In this document: one piece after another, positions 37,771 to 50,876 of the stretch
Numbering within the stretch: position 1 is the stretch's first letter
How the letters are laid out: the number at the start of each line of letters is the position of its first letter
Assembly: GCF_963921235.1 (NCBI RefSeq)
Contig: NC_086108.1
Coordinates: forward strand, 64,482,001-64,546,000
Length of the DNA stretch: 64,000 nt
Origin: Mobula hypostoma
Taxonomy: Eukaryota
Direction: 5' to 3'
Position numbers and translations under genes: made by a program
The notes under the pieces: generated by a model
Database searches by the model: none
The model's input: only the letters and a program-made list of their open reading frames with translations
Told to the model about the DNA's origin: nothing

Positions 37771-39243
37771 ACAAACAAGAAAAAATCTGCAGATGTTAGA
37801 AATCCGAGCAACACACACAAAATGCTGGAGGAACTCAGCAGGCCAGGCAGCATCTACGGGGAGAAACCACAGTTGACTTTTCGGGCTGAAACCCTTCATC
37901 GGGTCTGGAGAGAAGAAGCTGAGTAGATTTGAAAGGTGGGAAGAGGGGAGAGAGAAACACCAGGCCATACAGTAGGTGAAACTTGGAGGGGGGCGGGGAT
38001 GGAAAAGAGCTGGGAAGTTGATTGGTGAAAGAGACAGAAGGCCATGGAAGAAAGAAAAAAAGAGGTGTGGGGGAGGAGTACCAGAGGGAGGCGATGGGTG
38101 GGCTGGGAGATAACATGAGAGAGGGACAAAGGGATGGGAAATGGTGGTGGGGGAGGGGGGGAGGCATTACTGAAAATTTGAGAAATCGATGTTCATGCCA
38201 TCAGGTTGGAGGCTACTCAAACAGAATATAAGGTATTGTTCCTCCAAACTAAGCGTGGCCTTATCACGACAGTGGAGGAGGCCATGGATGGACATATCAG
38301 AATGAGAATGGGAAGTGAAATTAAAATGGGTGGCCACTGGGAGATCCCACTTGTTCTGGCAGATGGCGTGCAGATGCTCAGTGAAGCAGTTTCCCAGACC
38401 ACACCGGGTCTCACTGATATAAAGAAGGCCACACTGGGAGCACCAGACACAGTAGATGATCCAAACAGACTTACAGGTGAAATGGCGCCTCACCTGGAAG
38501 GACTATTTGGTGCCTTGAATGGTAGTGAGGGAAGAGTAGGGGTGGGTGTAGCACTTGTTCCGCTTGCAAGGATAAGTGCCAGGAGGGAGATCAGTGGGGA
38601 GAGACGAATGGATAGAGGAGTCACGTAGGGAACAATCCCTGTGGAAAGTAGAAAGTGCTGGAGGTGGGGGGAGGGAAAGATGTGTTTGGTGGTGGTTTCC
38701 AGTTGGAGGTGGCAAAAGTTTTGGAGAATTATATGCTGGACACAGAGGCTTGTGAGGTGGTAGGTGAGGACAAGAGGAACCCTATCCCTGGTAGTGTGGC
38801 AGGAGGATGGGGTAAGGGCAGAGGTGTGTGAAATGGAAGAGGTGCAGTTGAGGGCAGCATTGATGGTGGAGGAAGGGAAGCCCCTTTCTTTGAAAAAGGA
38901 GGACATCTCCTTCGTTCTAGAATGAAAATTCTTATTCTGAGAGCAGATGCAGCAGAGATGGAGGAGACAAAGGAGAAATTATTCAGAGTGAGGACAAGTT
39001 CCACTAGGTGAAAGAGAGTGGTGGTAGAGAGGAATTTGTTGGTTCTGATGTCCAGAAAGAAGTGGAGAGCTTTGAGGCCTTCCTGGTGGGGAATGGAGGT
39101 GTAGAAGTACTGGACATCCGTCATAAAAATAAGCTGATGGAGGTCAGGGAACCTGAAATCCTTGAAAAGATCAAGAGTGTGTGAGGTGTTACGGATGTAG
39201 GTAGGTAGGGACTGAACCAGGAGGGATAAAACAGAGTCGAGGT
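37771..39243 (-). mobile_element. Penelope-like element (RT fragment, GIY-YIG endonuclease, terminal repeat), internally deleted
   Basis: LPTYIRNT, DVQYFYTSIPH, RVPLVLTYH, IIYCVWCSQCGLLYISET, VATHFN, LQPDGMNIDF; hammerhead-like motif 37870-37907 on the coding strand. Confidence 0.92.
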
Positions 39244-39299
39244 CATTTATGTGATACTTGTCTTCATTAATCAGAGAGCACAGAGAGGTTACATCTAGG

Positions 39300-39430
39300 T
39301 GAGCTTTTGAATTGTCCATGCAGGGAAGGCTGCAGGCCAGGTACTGAAGGAGATGCATACATACAGACATAATGGTCAATATTGACATGGTGTCCGAAAG
39401 ATCTGTTCTGTACTATATAACTCTATGACA
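39300..39430 (+). mobile_element. CR1 3' UTR fragment
   Basis: Ends TCTGTTCTGTACTATATAACTCTATG, a CR1-type tail. Confidence 0.5.
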
Positions 39431-39461
39431 ATGAATTGAAAGAAGACAGAAAATGCCAGTA

Positions 39462-41970
39462 TAAACACTAGAGAATGTGCAGATGCTGGAAATCCGGAGT
39501 AACACAAACAAAATGCCAGAGGAACTTTGCAAATCAGGCATCATCTATGGAAAGGAATGAACAATTGACAATTCAGGCCAAGACCCTTCATCAAAAAAGG
39601 GGGAAGGAGTACAAGCTGGAAGGTGATAGGTGAAACCAGGTGGGTGAGGGAGGGGGAGAAGAGGAAGGAGGAGGGGTATTGGCGGAGATAATAAGCAGGT
39701 GAGGAGAAAAGGAGGGAGCCAGAGAGGGGAATGGGAAGCGAGGGAAGGGGGAGAGGGATTTTCTATGTGTATGGAGGGATATGGTCCATGTGCAGTTCAG
39801 TGGGACTAGGCAGAAAATGGTTCAGCACAGCCAAGAAGGGCCAAAAGGCCTGTTTCTGTGCTGCAGTTTTTCTATGGTTTTGCTATGGTTAGAAAAATTG
39901 ATGTTCATGCCATGAGGCCGGAGGTTATGAGGGCGGAATATGAGGTGTTGCTCCTCCAACTTGAGAGTGGCCTCATCGTGGCAGTAGAGGTGACCATGGA
40001 CCGATGTGTTGGAATGGAAATGTAGATTGACATTATAATGGTTGGCCACTGGAAAATACTTTTTGTTGCAGATGTAGCAAAGATACTCGACAGTGCGGTC
40101 CCCAATGCACGTCGGGCCTCATTAAAGTAGAGGAAGCCACATCAGGAGCACTGGGTATGGTAGGTGGCCCCAACAGATTCATAGGTGAAATGTTGCTTCA
40201 CCTAGAAGGACTGTTTGGGGCCCTGAATGGAGGTAAGGGAGGAGGTGAATAGGTAGGTATAGCATTTTTTCCACTTGAAGGAATAGGTGGCAGCAGGGAG
40301 ATTAGTGGGAAGGAACAAACAAAAATGGAATAACAGAGAGAGCAAATCAGAGAGTTGTGGGGGCGGGTGGTAAATATGTGTCTGGTGGTAGGATCCTGTT
40401 AAAGATGGCAGAAGTTGTGGAAAATAATGTGCTGGATGTGGAGTTTCATGGGCCGCTAGGTAAGGATAAGAGGAATTCTATCCCTGCTAAAGCAGTGGAA
40501 AGAAGGAGTGAGAACAGATATCCGGGGAAATGGAGGAGATGAGAGTAAGGGCAGCATCAATGGTGGATGAAGGAATATAATATTCTTTGAAGGAGGGGGA
40601 TATCTCTGATGTTCTGGAAAGAGAACCTAATCCTGGGAACTGAGAAAAGGGAATGGCATTTTTACAGGTGACAGAGAGGGAAGAGGTATAGTTAAGATAT
40701 GTAGCTGTGAGAGTTGATAGGTTTATAAAATTTGTTTCCCAGTGATGGAGACAGAGAGATCAAGAAAGGGGAAAACAGTGTCAGAAATGGACTGGGTGAA
40801 TTGAATGCAGGGTGGAGGCGAGAGGCAAAGTTGATGAAGTTCACAAACTTAGTATGGGTGCATGAAGGAGCACCAATGCAGACGTCCATGCAGTGCAGAA
40901 AGAGTTGGGGAGCATTATCAGTGAAGGCTTGGAACATGGACTGTTTCATAAAGCCAACAAAAAAGGCAGGCACAGCTGGGGCCCATGCAGGTGCCCGTGA
41001 GTTTGAAGAAAGTGGGAGGAGCCGAAAGAGAAATTGTCGAGGGTGAGGAACAACTTCATCAGGCAAAGGAGTATGGTAGTGGAAGTGAACTGGTCAGTTC
41101 TGTTGTTGAAAAAGAAGCAGAGAGCTTATAGGCCTTCTTGATGGGGGATAGAATCTATAGGGATTGGATGTCAATGGTGAAAATGAAGCAATCAGGACCA
41201 GGGAATTGAAAATTATTGACGGGATCGAGAGCGTATGAAGTTTCGCAAATATAGGTAGAAAGTAGCTGAACCAAGGGGGATAAAATGGAGTCAATGTACG
41301 TGGTCACGAATTCAGTCGGGCAGGAGCAGGTGGAGACAATGGATCTATCCAGACAGTCAGTTCTATGGATCTTGAGTAAGAGGTAGAAGTGAGGAGTGCA
41401 AGATAAAGAAACTATGAGGTTGGTGGAAGTGGATGGAAGATCTCCAGAACTGATGATGGTGTGGGAGAAAATGGTCTGATGACCCTGAGTAGGTGGTTTC
41501 CAAAGGTAAGTAGGAGGAGGAGTCTGGGAGTATCAGCCTTGGCCTCAGCAAGGCAGAGGTGAGTCCATCAGACTGCAGCAATACTCCTTTGACTGGTGGT
41601 GAGTTTTGAGATGATGCTGAGGGAATGGTGGTCAGTGCATTCAGATGGGGTAATGTTCAAATACAAGAGAGAAGTGCTGAGGTTGAGATTGTTGATATCT
41701 CATTGGCAATTAGGGATGAAAAGATCCAGAATAGGCAGAAGTAGGGCATCAAACAAAAGGAAGACAACTGGAGATTGTAGAAGGAGTCATCGGTGAGGAG
41801 TGGGGAATCCTTGCCAAACAATTCGGCTCAAAGAGAGAGGCGACAGAAGAAGAGCTCCGAGTTGTGCTGGGTGAAGAATTCATTGAGGTGTGGGCATAGG
41901 GGAACAAAGGAAAGGCCATTGCCTTAGAGAGGGGAAGCTGAGGGAGGGTCGAAGTGGGATGCTGAGACTG
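39462..41970 (-). mobile_element. Second, longer decayed Penelope-like element carrying a CR1 tail insertion (~39762-39887)
   Basis: Colinear with 37771-39243 and includes the RT core missing there; LEEQHLIFR, FINFASRLHP remnants. Confidence 0.88.
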
Positions 41971-42463
41971 TTCTGTAGGCCAGGCAGCATCTGTGGTTAC
42001 TAAAACCAGAGTAATGTTTCATTTTATTGAAATATTAATGATATTGGTAAGATCAGAAGGAACGTACAAGACGTGAAAATTCTGGTAGAACAAGTAATAG
42101 TGTGGACAAAATAAGAAAGCCCACTGTGGGAAATTCTATGGAAGTAACTGGACAGCTAAAATTGAAAAGTGAAATCATGCAAGGAAGGACAATGTTGAGT
42201 GTTGGAGCAAATGCCAAAAGCTGCAGGAATATCTGCAGGGAATGTAGTTCAGTACAGTCACAGTGACATATAGGTCATTATATAAGGTTGCTTTGGAATT
42301 CCATGGTGCACTATTAGACTTAGAAACCTCCTTGCACGAATTTAGTTATGGAGTTGTAAGAAAGATGAATATGGTTTGGTGAAATAACAGTAAGAGCAAC
42401 CTACTCAAGCGCAAAACAGAATTGGATATCTTACAGGAGAGTGCAAGAACAGAGGGATCAGAT

Positions 42464-42542
42464 CAGGGGTTCCAATCCTTTTTTATGTCATAGACCAATA
42501 CCATTAAGCAAGGGGTCCTTGAACCCCAGTTCAGAACCCCTG
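42464..42542. mobile_element. 79-bp hAT-type MITE
   Basis: TIRs CAGGGGTTC / GAACCCCTG; flanks GATCAGAT and GGTTAGAT (6/8 identical). Confidence 0.75.
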
Positions 42543-42611
42543 GGTTAGATTTTGAAGAGGTTGGGAGATTAAAAGTGAAAATTATAGTCTCTTAAGAGAT
42601 TGAGCTATTTG

Positions 42612-45600
42612 TGAATCAGAATCAGGTTTAATATCACTGGCATATGTTGTGAAATATGTTGTTTTGTGGCAGCAGTTGAATTCTTGTGGGTTGAGTTAAG
42701 AAACTGGAAGGGTAAAAGGACACTGATGACAGTTATATACAGGCCTCCCATCAGTAGCTGGTATGCAGACTGCAGATTGCAACAGGAAATAGAAAAGACA
42801 TGTCAAAGGGGTAAAGTTATGATAGTTACAGGAGATTTTAATTTGCAGATCAATTAGGAAGATCAGGTTGGTGATGGATCTCAAGAGATTGAGTTTGCTG
42901 AATACCTGCAAGATGGCTTTTTAGAGTAATTTGTCTTTGAGCCTACTAGGGGATTAGCTATACTGGATTGGGTGTTATGTAATGAACCAGAAGTGATTAG
43001 GGAGCTTAAGGTAAAAGAACCCTTAGGAGCCAGTGATTACAATATGATTGAGTTCAACTTGAAATTTGATAGGGAGAAAGTGAAGTCTGACATAGCAGTA
43101 TTTCATTGGAATAAAGGAAGTTATAGTGGGATGAGAGAGGAGTTAATCAAAGTAAATTGAAAGGAGGTGCTGGCAGGGATGACAGCAGAGCAGCAATGGC
43201 GTGAGTTTCTGAGGAAAATGAGAAAGGTGTGGGATAGATGTACTGTATTCCAAGAATGAAGAAATACTCAAATGGCAAAATAATATAATGGCACTATTGA
43301 CAAGGGAAGTCAAAGTTAATACAAATGCAAAAGAGAGGTCATACAACAAAGCTAAAATTAGTAGGAAGTTACAGGATTGGAACTGATTTGCATTGGCCTT
43401 CACTGTGCCAGATGTTGAAGTGTGTGAGGGAAGAGAATTGAGTGCAGTTACTATAACAAGGAGAAGGTGCTCAAAAAGCTGAAAGACCTAAGGGTATTTA
43501 AGTCACCTGGACCAGATGAACTGCACCTAGTGTTCTGAAAGAGGTATCGGTACAGATTGTGGAGGCAGTAGTTTATGATCTTTCAAAAATCATTGGACTC
43601 TGGCATAGTTCCAGAAGACTAGAAAATTGCTAATGTCACTCCACTCTTTAAGAAAGGAGGAAGGCAGCAGAAGTGAAATTATAGACCAGTTAGCCTGATC
43701 TCAGTGGTTGAGAAGATGTTGAAGTCAATTGTTAAGGATGAGGTTATGGAGTAATTTGTGACCCAGGAAAAGATAGGACAATGTCAGCATGGTCTCCTTA
43801 AGGGAAAATCTTGCCTGATGAACTTGTTGGAATTCTTTGCGGAGATAACAAGTAGGATAGATAAAGGGAATGTAGTGGATGCTGTATATTTGGACTTCCA
43901 AAAGGCCTTTGAGAATGTGCCACACATAAGTCTGCTTACCAAGTTAAGAGTCCATGGTATTATAGGAAAGTTACTGGCATGGTTAGTGCATTGGCTGATT
44001 TGTAGGAGGCAGCAAGTGGGAATGAAAGGATCCTTTTTTGGTTGACTGCCAGTGACTAGTGGTGTTCTGCAGGGGTCGGTGTTGGGACTGCTTCTTTTTA
44101 TGCTGTATATCAATGATTTAGATGATGGAATAGATGGTTTTGTTGCTAAGTTTGCAGATGATACAAAGATGGGTGGAGGGGCAGGTAGTGTTGAGGGAAC
44201 AGGTAGGATGCAGAAGGACTTAGACAAATTAGGAGAATAGGCAAGAAAGTGGCAAATAAAATACAATGTTGGAAAATGTATGGTCATGCACTTTGGCAGA
44301 AGAAATAAAAATGCAGAGTATTTCCTAAATGGGGAGAAAATCAAAAAGTTAGTGGTGAGAAAGTTAGCATTTATTTCAAGAGGTCTAGAATACAAGAGCA
44401 GGGATGTGATGCTGAGGCTTTATAAGGCACTGGTGAGGCTTCACCTTGAGTATTGTGAACAGTCTTGGGTTCCTCATCTAAGAAAAGATGTGCTGGCATT
44501 GGAGAGGTTTCAGATGTGATTCACAAGTATGATTCTGGAAATGAAAGGGTCATCATACTAGGAGCATTTGATGGCCCTGGGTCTGTACTCACTGGAATTT
44601 AGAAGGATGAGAGGGTATCTCATTGAAACCTTTCAAATGTTGAAAGGCCTAGACAGAGAAGATATGGAAAGGATGTCTCCCATGGTGGAGGAGTCTAGGA
44701 CAAGATGGCACAGCCTCAGGATAGAGAGACATCCATTTAAAACAGAGATGCAGAGAAATTTCTTTAGCCAGAGGGTGGTGAATTTGTGGAACTTGTTACC
44801 ACAGGCAGTTGAGGGTACAGGTCGTTGGGTGTATTTAAGGCAGAACTTGATAGGTTCTTGATTGGATATGGCATCAAAGGTTACAGGGAATGGGGTTGAG
44901 GAGGGGGGGGGAAGGATGAACCATGATTGCATACAGGGCAGGTTCAATGGCCCAAATGTCCTAATTTGCTGCTATGTCTTATGGTCTTATAGTCTTATAA
45001 TAAAAGTATATTAATTATAATAAGAAAACTATAGATATGAAAAATAAATTAAGTAGTTCAAAAAGAAAGCAAAAAAAAAAGAAAAAAATATAGTGACTCA
45101 GTGGTGACACATGGGTTATTGTCCATTCAAAAATCTGATGGCGGTGGAAAAGAAACTGTTTTCAAAATGTTAAGTGTGTGTCTTCAGGCTGCTGTACCTC
45201 CTCCTTAATGGTAGCAATGGTAGCATGTCCTGGGTGATGGGGATCCTTAATGATGGTTGCTGCCTTTTTGAGGCATCATCTTTCGAAGGTATCCTCAATG
45301 GAGGCCACTGCCCATGGAGGAGATGCCTGAATTTACAACTTTTTGCAGCATTTTCCAATCCTGTGCAGTGGCATCTCCATACTAGACAGTGATGCAACCA
45401 GTAAGAATGCTCTCATGTACATCTGTAGAAATTTGTGAGAGTCTTTGGTGACATACCAAGTTTCCTCAAACTCCTAATGAAATATAGCCACTGTCATGTC
45501 TTCTTTATAATTACATCAATATGTTGGGCCCAGAATAGATCACCAGAGATGTTGACATGCAGGAACTTGAAACTATTCATCCATTCCACTGCCAATCCCT

Positions 45601-46735
45601 CATTGAGGATTGGTGTGTGTTCCCTTGACTTCCCCTTCCTGTAGTTCACAATCAATTCTTTGGTCTTACTGACACTGAGTTCAGACATCACTCAAACTGC
45701 TGATCTTTCTCACTCCTGTATTCTTCTTTGTCACCATCTGAAATTCTACCTACAGTAGTTGTGTCATCACCAGATTTATAGATGGTGTTGAGTGTTGATT
45801 ATCAGCAAGGAAGAGATGTTACTTCCAAAACTGCTTTGCCTGTGTCTCCCAGTGAGGTTGTCAAGGATCAAGTTGCAGATGGTGCCCAGGTTTTGGAGGT
45901 TGTTGATTAGTACTGATGCTATGATGGTGTTGAACACTGAGCTGTGATCAATGAACAGCAGCCTGACACAGGTATAGCTATTGTCCAGGCGATTCTAGAC
46001 TGAGTGGAGAGCCAGTGAGATTGCATCTGCTGTAGACCTGCTGTGATGATGGACAAATTGAGCAGGTCCGGGCCCTTGCTTAGGCAGGAGTTATTTCTAG
46101 CCATGACCAACCTCTCAAAGCACTTCATTACTGTAGGTGTGAATGAAACTGAGTGATAGTCATTGAGGCATCTCACCCTGATCTTCTTAGGCACTGATAT
46201 GATTGTTGCCCATTTGAAGCAGGTGGGGACCTCCAACTACAGCAGTGAGAGATTGGAAATGTCCTTGAACACATATGTCAGTTGGTTGGTATGGGTTTTC
46301 AGTGCCCTATGAGATACTCTATCAGGACCTAATGCCTTGTAGGGGTTCACCTTCATGAAAGGTGTTCTGATATTGGCCTCCGAGACAAAGATACGGGGTT
46401 GCCAGATTCTGCAGGGACTCAGACAGGTGTATGTTTATTCTCCCTTTGAAAGCATGCATAAAATGCGTTTAGCTCATCTGGGAGTGAAGCATCACAGCTA
46501 TTCAAGATGTTAGGTTTCGCCTTGTAGGAAGCAATAGATGGCAAACCCTGCCAGAGTTGACGTGCATCTCATTCTGTCTCTGTCTTCAACTGGATTTTTT
46601 TCACTCATAAGATAACGTTCTGTAAGGCACACCTGGACTTCTTGTATAGTTCTCAATCACTGGTCTTAATTTGCACAGATCGAGCCCTCAGCAGACCACA
46701 AATCTCCTGGTTCATCCACGTATTTGCTTTGGACA
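42612..46735 (-). mobile_element. Decayed Rex1/Babar LINE, 3' UTR split by a CR1
   Basis: Tail at 42612-42672; body 45000-46735 with [37 protein letters not shown]. Confidence 0.85.
42673..44999 (+). mobile_element. Decayed CR1 LINE (endonuclease to 3' end)
   Basis: WVELRN, VIYRPP, GDFN, LGASDYNMI, QGSVLG, KFADDTK; tail TTATGGTCTTATAGTCTTAT. Confidence 0.93.
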
Positions 46736-48784
46736 CAACGATCCCAGGAAGTTGAGTGTTCTGCAGTCTTGCAGAAATAGACTTTTGAGAATGCTACAGG
46801 TGGATCTCAGAGAGAAAGCATACAGAAAAGTAAGTGAGAAACCAGAGAAGAATATACATCCAAGGCTAAATATTTAAGGGTAAAGCTGTTGAATTCCATG
46901 TGCCTATATTTACCTGATCATATTACAAAGTGTAAACTTATTAACTTCATTTCTTTCTACTATAAGACAGTGTTTTCCTTTCAATGGGTTCTTCCTGAAG
47001 AAGGTGCTACTTGATTACCAGAGTGCCCTGCTCAATATACACTAGAAAATGTGCATTTTCCAGATATTTTTCCAAACTCAATAACTTAAAGTAAATAACT
47101 GATGATGCATAATTTAAACTAAACATCAGTTTTCGAACCTGTCATATATTTTCTTTCTCCTGTTTGCATTTATTCCAAGCCATATGTCCCGTGAGCCTGT
47201 TTGTTTTCCAGATGGTTTGTACTCTGGCAGAGGTGATTCGCAGCAGTGTTAAAAGAGCGCCCCTTACTGTCAACCTTATAACAAACAGAAATGGCACTGA
47301 CATGGACGTTCTTCTGTCTTCACCTTATGCACACTTAGTGCACAACAATGAAAGATCCTTCAACGTCCACATGAAATTTGTCATCATTGTTTCTATTGGA
47401 TCTTTTTCTCTAATAATAACTGACTATCTATTTGAAATCTAATTATGTCACCAACCGCAGCATTAAGCTATTAATTCCTAACATTTTATTTAGTGTGAAA
47501 TTGAAAGTAAGAGGTAAAACTGTAGCAAAAGTTTTATTAATGGTTTCGACCCCCCCCCCCCCATGAAAGCATAGATCTAGATACCCTAAAAATAATAGCA
47601 TTAGTTTTGCATCTGGCCTTCAAATATAGCTTTGGTACTGACGCGCGAGTTTAAGGCATTCAAAGCTTGTGTCTTTCATTCGTATGTGTGTGTATCAATG
47701 TTCCAGGTAGTGGTTATAGAAGGGATCACGTACAAGGAAATCTGAATTCACAGTATAAAAGATTAAAATTGATCTATCTGAGCATTATCTAAAAGCAGAC
47801 TGTAAACAACGTTAGAATACGCGCGGACCTGCGGCGCGCCAGGTATTTCTACCTTTTAAGAGCATCAGAACAAACAGCAGTAACTTATTTTCCCTTCATC
47901 TGTTATTACTACCTTGTCTAATATAATTAGATTCAAACCAACATATTAGCAAACTTGTTTTTTAAATTATTTTGAGTAATTACACCAAAACTTGGCTGGC
48001 TTCAAAACGTGGGCCTTCAAACGAGCGTAACCTCTCGATGCTGTAATGAGCAACAAGTAGGCGCATTAACTACTGCTGTAATTACTGGTGTTCATTCCTT
48101 TCATCACCAAAGAGTAGATGCCGTTTTGAAAAGAATGAGAGAACAGTGTGTTGGGAAAGGAGGAGAATAGACCAGAACTCAGATACAAAGAGTTACACAG
48201 CGGCAATTATTGTTTGCCGCTGTAAGCGATCACGAAATACGCATTTAGTTATTTAAAAAAAACAGTTACTTAGAACTGCAATCATTGATTTGGCCCTGGT
48301 ACGTTTTAAATAAACATGATTAGAAGCCGACATAGAATATTAAACAATGGAACCACGATAATCTAAATCTATTTTAGTTATAGGTTTATTCCGGATAATG
48401 ATGTTTTAATATATACTACTTAAATTTGAGTTTCCTGATTTGAAATACTCGACATTTATCCAACTCATTTTTCGGCCAAAATCTGAGGTTATTTATGTGA
48501 AAATTGGGTGTGGGTCTCTGTTTATTTACGTCAAAGTCGTTCCGACGATTTTTATTTAATGTTCTTGATTGCCCAGCATCATTCTGTTAGCCCAACTTTA
48601 CCAAGTTCCGCCAATTCAACTGCGTTATTTAAATATATCATTTTCTAAATTAACAAACCATACTGATCGTAGAATGAACACTGAACATTAGCTATTCCCA
48701 CTCAGAATTTGAGAATTGGTCCGTTAGGTACATCGTCTCCCCTGGCCAACGCTAGGTTCCTACGAGCTTACACTGTTCCTTCTG

Positions 48785-48885
48785 TGCAACACACGCAGAA
48801 TGCTGGAGGGACTCGGCTGGTCAGGCAGCATCCATGGAAATGAATAAACAGTCAACGTTTCGGGCCGAAGCCCTTCTGCAGGAAC
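48785..48885 (-). mobile_element. Short Penelope terminal-repeat fragment, the only recognisable TE after ~47 kb
   Basis: GCAACACACGCAGAATGCTGGAGGGACTCGGC...CAGTCAACGTTTCGGGCCGAAGCCCTTC. Confidence 0.8.
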
Positions 48886-50822
48886 TTCCGTGACCATTTC
48901 CAAGTTTCTTATGGTTTTGTGAGACTGTGTTCAGAATGTTCTTTTTAACATTTTTCTATTCATGGGAACGTAGAATTTTACCACACCATAACAATCATAA
49001 AGACCCGCACGCTGGGCAATACACGGATATGGTAGGATTAACCATTCCTGGAATGTCAAACTGGGCCGATATTTCTGCATATAATGGAAACGTATTTGTT
49101 GTAAAGCGGAAAGGAAACTGCAAAATTCCGTGTTTCATTAGTACGTCAGGTAATATTTCTTCATGAAAGTGCAGGTGGACAAGGCCATTGTTTTCTGAAG
49201 AGTGGGATGCCAGGCTCCAAAATAATTGCTCCGGGGCTAAAATCTTTGTGCATTTCGTTGTTAGCTGTACCTAAGAAAATTAAACTAGGCTGATGTTTAT
49301 CTCCATCAATGAAATCAACGTGATATATCCATTCTCGCAGCTGAAGTCTAAATGCGTTTTACAACCAGTGAAATGTTTTAGAATGCGAAGCTTCTAGTGG
49401 GAAATGGTCTTATACCCCTTATTTCATAAATGTGTTCCTACTATTATTGTTATCTAAAACGATGATGGTTACGTTTATAAGTATTATATAATCAAGTGAA
49501 TGGAAGGCAAAACCTGTGTTGATTTACAAATACCTACACTTCATACATAGTTAATGTATCTTTCTCTGGCTCTCACACCTGCAGACACACACTCCTACTA
49601 ATGCACATGATTTAAATTACAGTTACAGGTGTCAAACTCGTATCTGTCCAGAGTGTTGGTAAATCCTCAGATTTCAGTCACCTTGATAACAAAGGAAGTC
49701 TATGCTCATCGTTACTTTTAAAAATATAAGTAGACAATGGCCGGGACATTTTCCCCAAAACGGTATATCTAAAAACAACCCGTCGAAGCATTTTTTTAAG
49801 AAAAAAAGATGCAATTTTTACAATTCGGTTTTGTGTTTGGGCTTAATTTATTCTCAGCCGATTGTGAGTTTACTGATGTGTGAAGACTTCCTGTGGGGCA
49901 GCTTTATTTCAATGAACTTTGGAGTTAGCTCAGGTGCTGAGTACCAAAGATACTGTATACACGAAGTAGTTTCGCTTCGCTCCGCAAGTAAGTACGGGCT
50001 CAGGCAAATAGCTAGTTGTGGACTGTCAGCCGGTACTCACACACACTGTCACTTTACAATTCTCCCGGCAAGGTGTTTGGTAGCAAAATAGCACTAAAAT
50101 TTGGTACTCCCATCAGAGCATACCGTTTGTCAAATCTTAACAGAGCATCTGGAAACGTTCAGACCTTACATATAGTTAAAAGCTAGAAAATGATACTCCC
50201 GCCTTGCCCTCCTTTCATTAAAAGAATCGTGTGAAAAGGGTCTGTGCTTTCAAGCACAGAGAAAATTGTCCTCAGATATTGTTGAGGCCAGCGGTTTCAG
50301 TACAACTACCGCTTTCGAAAACCGCAAAATCAGTCGCGGGCATAAATGGCCACAGACATATATTCATTCATACGGAGTGACATCCACTCATTCATATTCA
50401 TATACGTGTCCACACTTTCACACAACAAATACACATTTTCATATTATATATCCTCTCAAGTGGGAATTAATGATATACACTTTGACAGCCACTTCCATTT
50501 ACAGACATTCTCAATTTCATTGAATTGATTTGTGTGCGTTCCTAGAAATACATCCACTTACACATACGAGGGCGCGCACGATCGGGAGCGCACACGGAAG
50601 CTCAAGCCAGCAACACTCCCCCTCCCCGCACCATTGCACACCCATGCTAACGATGAAGCTTTCTTCCTCTTCTATAGATGGAGGCTGCATTCCCTCTCTC
50701 GTACACTCTCAAACGCAGACATACACTTGTATTCCTTCTTTTCGCACACAATCTGCCATACATACACATAAAGACTGCATACATCAGCACACGTTTTTCT
50801 GACGTCTGTAAACTCAGTATGA

Positions 50823-50824
<2 letters not shown>

Positions 50825-50874
<50 letters not shown>
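50825..50874. repeat. (AC)25 microsatellite
   Basis: Perfect dinucleotide run. Confidence 0.97.

Positions 50875-50876
<2 letters not shown>

Noticed and set aside
4605..48885. Recurring CACACAAAATGCTGGAGGAACTCAGC as a CRISPR-like repeat
   Set aside because: Dispersed in both orientations and contiguous with Penelope coding remnants; eukaryotic context.
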